From: a virus
Taxonomy: Duplodnaviria > Heunggongvirae > Uroviricota > Caudoviricetes
DNA length: 64,000 nt
Strand: one strand, 5' to 3'
Virus record (IMG/VR): IMGVR_UViG_2657245091_000008
The position numbers were made by a program, and so were the translations under genes. Under the pieces are notes generated by a model that made no database searches, had not been told where the DNA came from, and saw nothing but the letters and a program-made list of their open reading frames with translations. Below, in pieces: positions 57,157 to 64,000 of the stretch (its first letter is position 1; each line of letters starts with the position of its first letter).

Positions 57157-58839
57157 TTAATTGCTCATCACAAATTTTGCAAAGTTTATTAACTGTTCTG
57201 GCGTCCAGTTTTCCGGATCGTCACCGGACGACAACGGCGCGGATTCGTACATACCATGCTCGTTGTTTTGCTCTGATTCATTCGCCTTAAACTCTTTGAT
57301 CATGGTGTTGAGAGTGTCATCGTCGATGTGCAACTGCTCGATGAACAGATAACGCATAAACGCGTCACTACCAGCCAGTTTCGGGTTGTTCTGGATCTGG
57401 TCCATAATTTGGGAGATGACAGCAACAAAGTTGGCGCGTGCATCCAGTTCCCGGTTTTCCTCTTCCTGGATAGCAGTGTTCATTGAGTTGAATTGCACGT
57501 CATAAGGACGGTTTTTTTCGGTGTAAACCTTCCCGTATTTATAAGCGAGGTGAATATCATGAAGCCGATAAATAGTTCGCTGGGCGGCCTGTCTGATCCA
57601 GTTCGCACGTAATGCGGCCTGGATAGCTGTTTGCTGCCAACCGCCTTCCCCAAGTCCACCACTCATCTGATCAGCCCAGCCAAGCATTGTTGCGTCAATG
57701 CCTAGGCTTGCAGCAAGCTGCCGGAGGTGAAACATAACGTCTTCGATACCACTGATATCTGCGGGTATGGATTGCGTATCAATGGTGATGCCATTCTTCC
57801 CATCCCCCATAACAGGTATCAGGTGGTTTAGCACCGTCGGAATAGCGTTGGCATTAATCGACCTTTGCGCCACCAGGTCACTATGACGCTTCAATGCCTG
57901 ACTGACGCCACGCGTATAGTTCGCCGCATTAACCGGGTCCAGTGTATTCGTCGTAAGAGCAATCAGGCGGTCAATTTTGGCTGCATTATTTCGCGTTGAT
58001 TTCAGCGCGGCGAGCGCAGCACATAAATTCAGGTAAGGTTCATAGCTGTATTCAAGGAATGAAGTTCCGTAATTCTGCGTCTCCATTAACGGCTTATCAG
58101 CCTGCTCACTTAACAGTGAGTACCCTTTTGTGCCGTAGCTAACCGGAATAACTTTATGCTGCGGCGTCCAATAGGGATTTTTCATGGAAACCAGATTCCA
58201 CGGTTCGGTTATTACTCTGCGCAAACTATGCGTATCCAGGATGTAATCACCACTGAAACCTACCAGCTGGCTACCACGATAAAACTCCTGGACGAAGTGT
58301 GGCAGAGTGTAATAACTGGACTCAATGCCTGTTATCCCCCTGCCCTGTTCAGCATAAGGGCGGACATAAGACACCCCAAAGATCGCCATAATCATGGCCC
58401 ATGAAGGAAGTCCGTCATTAATCATCGCCCCCAAATCAGCGGTTAACTCTTCACATCTACTTACTGCCTCGGCATCGGAACCATCCTTTGGCGAAAGGAT
58501 GAATGCTTGTCCGGTTTTTTTTGAAGGCGCAAGCGCATGTGCAATGTGAATGTTTAAAGCCGTCGAGATAGTCGGGCTTTTAGCCATCGTTTCCAGGATG
58601 TTGTACTTTTGCAGGCGCTCGCCGGGCAGTTCAGCGGATAAAGAAATTGAATCTGCTGCACTCGTCATGCCATCGCTGTTGCTCCCCAGTATACCTGGAC
58701 GTAAAGCAGACAGGCCGGAACGAGCAACGACACTATGCCCGCTCGTAAAAACGACCGGATCGGCGGGCGTAACATCACCACCGTTGAAGGCTTTCTTCAA
58801 TGCTGACAGAAAGCCTTTATTTTTGTCTTTCGTTGCCAT
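57157..58839 (-). CDS. hypothetical protein, possible virion structural protein
   Basis: 560-aa ORF in the late-looking operon; no diagnostic motif recognised. Confidence 0.45.
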   Translation of the reverse strand: MATKDKNKGFLSALKKAFNGGDVTPADPVVFTSGHSVVARSGLSALRPGILGSNSDGMTSAADSISLSAELPGERLQKYNILETMAKSPTISTALNIHIAHALAPSKKTGQAFILSPKDGSDAEAVSRCEELTADLGAMINDGLPSWAMIMAIFGVSYVRPYAEQGRGITGIESSYYTLPHFVQEFYRGSQLVGFSGDYILDTHSLRRVITEPWNLVSMKNPYWTPQHKVIPVSYGTKGYSLLSEQADKPLMETQNYGTSFLEYSYEPYLNLCAALAALKSTRNNAAKIDRLIALTTNTLDPVNAANYTRGVSQALKRHSDLVAQRSINANAIPTVLNHLIPVMGDGKNGITIDTQSIPADISGIEDVMFHLRQLAASLGIDATMLGWADQMSGGLGEGGWQQTAIQAALRANWIRQAAQRTIYRLHDIHLAYKYGKVYTEKNRPYDVQFNSMNTAIQEEENRELDARANFVAVISQIMDQIQNNPKLAGSDAFMRYLFIEQLHIDDDTLNTMIKEFKANESEQNNEHGMYESAPLSSGDDPENWTPEQLINFAKFVMSN

Positions 58840-58903
58840 GAATCACCGCAAATTGTTTCCAGTTTTGCGGCAGCATAATCAGTATGTGATTTCAGCGGTT
58901 GGT

Positions 58904-60301
58904 TTAGTTTTCCGTACGGCAATTATTTAAATCTGTAGAATTTTCAAACATAGCAAAGTTCAGACCTTTCCCTTCGCCAAATTCACCCTCAATTTCATCA
59001 GATACAGCAGACAAAATACGACGCAGATCAACATCGCCACCGCCGAACATATCGCCTAATGCCTGTTGTTTATGAGTCAGCTCGTCGTTGATTTTTTGCG
59101 CCATTTTTTTGAATGCTGCCCCCATACGCTTCGCACTGCGATTATTTGCTACGATGAATAACGCCAATGCCTCAGCTTCCGGTGTACTGTCGCCGAATAA
59201 CCCCCTTTGGGCGATCACTTCTTCAACGGCCTGACCGTTGTCTTTGGCTTCACGTACAAGATTAATTGCTTCCTGGAGTGCTGCTATCGCCTGTGTATCC
59301 AGGCTATTAACCTGCTCTATACCGTCCACTAATCCTGTTACTGCGTCATGGTGAGCGTCGCCAGACAGCGACTGCATTTGCGCAAAATCGCTGGCTGCCG
59401 TATTTAATGCGGTCAGGATATTACGCATTTCCGGATCTGGCTCTTCCGACACCAGCCGAACAAGCCTTTCATCCTTGTACGCTTTGGCAAAAATTGCATT
59501 CTGAATGCGATCGATAAGCTGTTTCGTGGGACGCCCATCGGCAGTAAGCAAGCCTGCCGTCGCTGTATCGCCAATTTCACGCAAAAACGCACGAATAAAC
59601 GCATCATTGGATCGCGCCAGCAGATTTCCATCATCTGAAGGATTAAATAGCGCCATGACGCTCTCAGTGAGAAATTGCGCATCCGCATACGCTTTTTCAC
59701 TTGCTGCCATCTCTTGCAGATCGCTAATGTTTGAATCGCGGGCAAATTGAGCGCGGTCTACATCTGTGAGTCTTTCTCGCACCAGTACGGGCATAGACAT
59801 TTGCGAAATTTCGTCAGGATTCAGACCAAACTCTTTCGCATGGTCGATCAGGTACTGGCGATACTCATCCGCCTGTCCCTGCTCATAGGCACGCCAGATA
59901 CCCATACTCCTTCCGTTGCCGGATTCAACAACGTTGTCCGGACCGACTATCGGCGCTCCGTGGCTGCTCATACCGGAATCCGTTAATTGTGCCGGGCGTA
60001 AATTAGAGGCAATACGGTTAACCTGGAGTTTGCTGGATAGCCGGGTACGATCTCGTGGTTGGAGTTCTTCCGGGAAGGCCGGGTTAATCGTACCGTCAAG
60101 GTTGTTCGAAATGATCAGACTGCTGGCATCAACGACCTTAAAAGCCGTCTTTACCTCTGCACCTTTGCTGGTGACTACGTAGCTACTTCGCCCCAGACGT
60201 GTTTCTTCCCTTTCTAATGAAGAAACCAGAGCAATGACGCTGTTAATATCTGCGGCCTCGGAAAGCGCAGAAGTAACTGATTTGTTCAAAATACACTCCA
60301 A
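58904..60301 (-). CDS. hypothetical protein (DdrB position in a Dar-like operon)
   Basis: 465-aa ORF. Confidence 0.4.
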   Translation of the reverse strand: MECILNKSVTSALSEAADINSVIALVSSLEREETRLGRSSYVVTSKGAEVKTAFKVVDASSLIISNNLDGTINPAFPEELQPRDRTRLSSKLQVNRIASNLRPAQLTDSGMSSHGAPIVGPDNVVESGNGRSMGIWRAYEQGQADEYRQYLIDHAKEFGLNPDEISQMSMPVLVRERLTDVDRAQFARDSNISDLQEMAASEKAYADAQFLTESVMALFNPSDDGNLLARSNDAFIRAFLREIGDTATAGLLTADGRPTKQLIDRIQNAIFAKAYKDERLVRLVSEEPDPEMRNILTALNTAASDFAQMQSLSGDAHHDAVTGLVDGIEQVNSLDTQAIAALQEAINLVREAKDNGQAVEEVIAQRGLFGDSTPEAEALALFIVANNRSAKRMGAAFKKMAQKINDELTHKQQALGDMFGGGDVDLRRILSAVSDEIEGEFGEGKGLNFAMFENSTDLNNCRTEN

Positions 60302-60383
60302 CTATAGAGAAAGCTGTGAGTGTAAAAAGTGTGTGATTTATGTGAGAACAGATAAGTGAAAGGGGCATTTCAGCCCCTTTTGA

Positions 60384-60752
60384 TTACCCGGCATAACCGT
60401 TAGCTTTCACCCAGCTTATGGTCTGCTCTTTAGCCTGCTCCAACGTAAGGAACTCGCCAACATAGTTTGAGATCCCACGCAGCGCATCAATAAATTCCAT
60501 TTGTGTGGACTTTGTGAAGACACCGCCCAAGAAGTCAGTCACTATCTTAGGGACTTCATCTACAACAGGATCAGTCTGTTGTTGCGGTTCCGCTACCGGT
60601 TGCGCGGCAGTCCCCAGGCCCAATTTCAGCATCACATCAACAATCTGCTTACCAATGGTGACGCGTTGCAATACTGGCGCAGTTTTCTGCGCCTGCATTA
60701 GATCTGATAGCTCTTTACCTAATTTCAGGCGGTCTAAAACAGATATGGTCAT
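60384..60752 (-). CDS. hypothetical protein (DdrA position)
   Basis: 122-aa ORF, 1-bp overlap with the upstream gene. Confidence 0.4.
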   Translation of the reverse strand: MTISVLDRLKLGKELSDLMQAQKTAPVLQRVTIGKQIVDVMLKLGLGTAAQPVAEPQQQTDPVVDEVPKIVTDFLGGVFTKSTQMEFIDALRGISNYVGEFLTLEQAKEQTISWVKANGYAG

Positions 60753-62671
60753 TAAGCACCTCCCTGCTGAATTTCAGCCAGAATGTTGATCAGGTAGTCA
60801 ACTGCTGCACCCACAGTGGCTTCGTTCTCGTCGTATCGACCTGCACTGATTAGAGCGTTTGCTGCTTCCTGCACATGATCAAGTTCAGCACTGATGACCG
60901 TCAGATCGCGGGATGTAAACTGCTCCGGCACGGATTTCAGGTACTCCAGCGCTTTATCTGCCTCCTGATCAGCTTCACTTGCTGATTCACCCGTTTCTTC
61001 TGGCTCCTGTTCTGGTGCTGGTTGTGGTTGTGATTCTGGCTCAACCATATGCTCTGTTTTTACTTCGCTTGAATGATTTTGAAGGGCGTTATACACGTCC
61101 ATAATGAAAAGGTTCTCCCCATCACTAAGTGGATACGCCACGTTTGGAAACGCTTTGCGGAAAAGAATTTTCACTTGCGCCTTGAATGTTTTCAGGTCAC
61201 TGCCAAACAGGTCCACATAGCCATCAATATGTTTCGACATGCTGGACGCAACCAATTGGCCTGCAAAATCTTTCAGCTCATCTTCATCAGGAAGATAGAG
61301 CAACTCGTACTGGCTGACTTCTTCATCTGTCAGTTTACGGTCATACGTAATGATACCGTGACGAGCATATTCGTAATACTGATCAGCCTGGTCAGGACGA
61401 TCAAGCACGGCTTTATTTCCATCCGGAACAGCACCAACACCAGCCGGGCGAGATTGAAGTGCATAGTGGTATTTACCTACATCTTGGCTCTCTGGTTGTA
61501 ATACTGGGTTCGTTTCGGGGTCTGTCTGTGGTGGTTCGGAGTCTTCCAACTGGCCTGGTAACACATCAACTTTATATTTATCTGCGTTATGCTCTCGGTA
61601 GGCTTTAAGTAATTTGGTTGCAGCATCTGCCAAACTGCCTCCTTTGACAGCACTGGCATCAATACTGAATTTACCTTCAGGTGCTACTATCGTAACGAAA
61701 TTGTCACTGCCGGACGTGACATAATTAACTTCAGCGCCATTATCCAGCACTGTTTTTCCGTCAATGGCAAGATTATGTTTTACATGTCGCAGCTGGTCAC
61801 TAAACGCTCGTTCTTTCGTTTTTTCACCTTTAGCAGACAACAATTTATCGCGTTTTGCTTGTAATTCCTCGTTGATGGCTTTCTGGGCATCAAGTTTTTT
61901 TTGCATCTCCGTAAGAGCAGCACGCTTTTCAGTCAGCCCACGTTGCGCAACTTCCACCTGATCAATCATTATTGACCGTTCTTCTGCCAGTTTATCTGCT
62001 TCATTGAGATAACTCTCAATATCTGCCTTCATTTTGTCCTGGCGCTCTTTTGCTTTCTTAAATTTTTCGCTGTTACGCTCAATCAAATTAGATAGCGCCT
62101 GGCATACCTGGCTTAAAGAAACATCTCTCCCACCAATCGGGGCGACAACGTGAGTTACGTTACGTTTATTAAGTAAAAACTGAAATGCAACAAGCTCGTC
62201 GTTACTCTTTATTTTTGCCCCGTCAGCTGTTGGAGAGTGGAAAATTATGCTTGTACTCTGCCCGTCAGTAAGCGGTATCTGCGCGGTCAAAACAGGGATA
62301 TTAGCTACCCGACGTACACGACCGATAATCGCACCACCAATACAATTACGTCCATTTTCATCGGTCCCAGCTTCATCAGTCCCTGCCATAATATTCGTAC
62401 CATTCAGGCCACGATTCAGCGCACGGACGAAAGCTCGCATTGTTTGAGCTAACCGAATTCTGGTTGTAGTTATGGACTCAAACATAGCTTCGTCAGACAC
62501 AACCAGAATTTCATTGCCCATATAGGCAAGCTCAATATCTTCTAAGGTCGCCGCCTCAAAAATCAGGTCATCTTCGCTTAATTCTTCTGAAGACCAGCGA
62601 CTTGGCATATAGCCGGGGATCGTATCAGCAAAAGTAGACTGAATATTAATTCGTAAAGGATTGTTAATCAT
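60752..62671 (-). CDS. DarA-like internal head / antirestriction protein (tentative)
   Basis: Start placed at the ATG with GGAGG 6 nt upstream, giving about 639 aa; coiled-coil middle and acidic C-terminus; operon context with a DarB homologue elsewhere. Confidence 0.35.
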   Translation of the reverse strand: MINNPLRINIQSTFADTIPGYMPSRWSSEELSEDDLIFEAATLEDIELAYMGNEILVVSDEAMFESITTTRIRLAQTMRAFVRALNRGLNGTNIMAGTDEAGTDENGRNCIGGAIIGRVRRVANIPVLTAQIPLTDGQSTSIIFHSPTADGAKIKSNDELVAFQFLLNKRNVTHVVAPIGGRDVSLSQVCQALSNLIERNSEKFKKAKERQDKMKADIESYLNEADKLAEERSIMIDQVEVAQRGLTEKRAALTEMQKKLDAQKAINEELQAKRDKLLSAKGEKTKERAFSDQLRHVKHNLAIDGKTVLDNGAEVNYVTSGSDNFVTIVAPEGKFSIDASAVKGGSLADAATKLLKAYREHNADKYKVDVLPGQLEDSEPPQTDPETNPVLQPESQDVGKYHYALQSRPAGVGAVPDGNKAVLDRPDQADQYYEYARHGIITYDRKLTDEEVSQYELLYLPDEDELKDFAGQLVASSMSKHIDGYVDLFGSDLKTFKAQVKILFRKAFPNVAYPLSDGENLFIMDVYNALQNHSSEVKTEHMVEPESQPQPAPEQEPEETGESASEADQEADKALEYLKSVPEQFTSRDLTVISAELDHVQEAANALISAGRYDENEATVGAAVDYLINILAEIQQGGA

Positions 62672-63284
62672 GCTCATCCTCCAGGCGCGCGATTTCTTCT
62701 TTAAGAGCACGTGTCTTAGCTACTTCCTGAGACAAGGCAGCTTTAACATTACCCGTATCTTGCATTACTTTGTCTGACTTGCTCTGGAGTTTAGACAGTT
62801 TGTCGTTAGCATTAGCGATATCTTCACGGAGTGCATCACGTGATTCTTTCGCTTCAGCTAATTTCTGAGCGTTAGATTTAACTCCCTGCCGCTTCTTATT
62901 TCCGTCATCAATATTTTTTGCTGCACGAGCAAGTTTTCGAGCTAATGACTTCTGGAAAGAAGTTGCTCCACGATTAAATAAAGCCGCAAGAGATTGCCCC
63001 AAAGCCGACATTGTTTTTACTGGCTTGAACGGTACTGTTTTACCATTCAGTTTGATCCCAGATATATCACCGGTATCGTTAACCTGAACTTCCATTGTCT
63101 GTTCATCAATACCAATAAGGGTAAACGTGCGCGTCATGATCCCATCTTTCTTCCTGCCATTACTTGCAGGGATCACCCTCGCTATCTTGTAACCACCTTT
63201 GCTGATTTCTTTGACGAGTTTTGCCAGCCCCTTTTCGTTTAACTCATCATAATTAAGAAGAACATAATTATTCTTATTTGACAT
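62664..63284 (-). CDS. hypothetical protein (Hdf position, tentative)
   Basis: About 206 aa from the ATG preceded by GAAGGAGA. Confidence 0.35.
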   Translation of the reverse strand: MSNKNNYVLLNYDELNEKGLAKLVKEISKGGYKIARVIPASNGRKKDGIMTRTFTLIGIDEQTMEVQVNDTGDISGIKLNGKTVPFKPVKTMSALGQSLAALFNRGATSFQKSLARKLARAAKNIDDGNKKRQGVKSNAQKLAEAKESRDALREDIANANDKLSKLQSKSDKVMQDTGNVKAALSQEVAKTRALKEEIARLEDEHD

Positions 63285-63720
63285 CCCAGTCTCCTTCACG
63301 CTTTTCGATCGTAAACTGGCGCTCTATGCAGTCATTGATAGGGAAAATGCGATAAAGCGGATTCAGTCGACAGTTACCGTTAGTCAATGTGACTTTCAGA
63401 TCCCACTTCGTTGGCTCAAGATATTTCGTATCGATGAGCAAATACTCTTCTCTCTCACCGCGTTTTGAGGCGTCAACTGGTCGCGTTTTCCCTGAAATAA
63501 CCACAGATGGATTTTTCAGGTCTTGCAACCAATATTCGATTTGAGCATTGCTGACCCAGCTTCGCTTAACACGTAGCGAAACAGGAAATGCTATAGCGGA
63601 TTCTTTCACTACAGCGTCACCAATACTCAAAATCTCAACACTCTTGCGACGAAAAATGAAACGGTCAATGATGGCAACAAATGCCATGATAAAAATGAAA
63701 TAATTTCCAAAGTTACCCAT
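63274..63720 (-). CDS. membrane protein (LydB-like position, tentative)
   Basis: 148 aa with an N-terminal transmembrane helix. Confidence 0.35.
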   Translation of the reverse strand: MGNFGNYFIFIMAFVAIIDRFIFRRKSVEILSIGDAVVKESAIAFPVSLRVKRSWVSNAQIEYWLQDLKNPSVVISGKTRPVDASKRGEREEYLLIDTKYLEPTKWDLKVTLTNGNCRLNPLYRIFPINDCIERQFTIEKREGDWDVK

Positions 63721-63920
63721 TATTTCTCTCCACCTTTTCCCCCATTCGCTATTACGCTTAAGAGATTCAAGACGTTACTAGCTCTGGACTTCAAGCCCTG
63801 TAAAATTTCACTACCGTTGTTACTGGCAATCAGAACAACGCAGAAAATGATACCTTCAGGCCATTCTTGGCTAACCGCCACCCCATACCCCGCAAGCCCG
63901 GCTGTTACCGCAGTAAACAA
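63720..63920 (-). CDS. small membrane protein (holin-like position, tentative)
   Basis: 66-aa hydrophobic ORF at the window edge. Confidence 0.3.
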   Translation of the reverse strand: MFTAVTAGLAGYGVAVSQEWPEGIIFCVVLIASNNGSEILQGLKSRASNVLNLLSVIANGGKGGEK

Positions 63921-64000
63921 TTCACTCGCAAGATTGAGCAGGGACGCAGAAATGCGCCCGTCTCTAACTCCGAGAAGGAATACGCCGGTTCCACTTAGTA

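Noticed and set aside
1-64000. Integrase, transposase or IS element that would explain the junction with glnS
   Set aside because: No ORF with recognisable integrase or transposase motifs and no terminal inverted repeats were seen; the only tyrosine recombinase is the Cre-like Dre homologue with its own internal site.

Overview
Almost the whole window is a P1/D6-family temperate phage-plasmid genome; only bp 1-431 is host core DNA (the 3' end of glnS plus its terminator). Modules I can support from the sequence: Dam and a C5-like methyltransferase plus RdgC (0.5-3 kb); a 4-gene operon of unknown function (3.0-6.2 kb); HigB/HigA and an AT-rich islet (6.3-8.3 kb); two diverged copies of an immI-like antirepressor module (structured leader, Icd-like peptide, Rha/Ant protein; 12.5-14 kb and 53.4-54.9 kb); a Ref-like HNH protein; a long run of small early genes (Ea22-like, NinI-like phosphatase, DUF551, ASCH, PAPS-reductase-like, Toprim); a LexA box followed by humD-phd-doc; an operon from a Cre-family recombinase (Dre-like) through dUTPase to a terminase-ATPase paralogue; a rox-type recombination site; lpa-pacA-pacB packaging genes; five tRNA genes (Ile-CAU, Ser-UGA, Thr-UGU, Tyr-GUA, Arg-UCU); a 2278-aa DarB-like methyltransferase-helicase; and a Lyd/Dar-like late operon. 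The most striking unexplained signal is a ~16-bp asymmetric motif (RTGTTAGAAAAYTAAT) present at least 15 times in promoter-proximal intergenic DNA across the window. It looks like a P1-C1-style dispersed operator network, and its repressor is probably the 345-aa protein at 34158-35195, which sits at the c1 position and has two copies of the motif directly upstream. Other second-look items are the two immI-like modules with different internal complementary repeats, a family of G-rich hairpins with a conserved TGCCT loop, a tRNA-flanking repeat family, and two DUF2829 (Tad2-like) domain proteins. No CRISPR array, IS element, integrase or rRNA was seen. All protein family calls are by-eye motif recognition without database searches.
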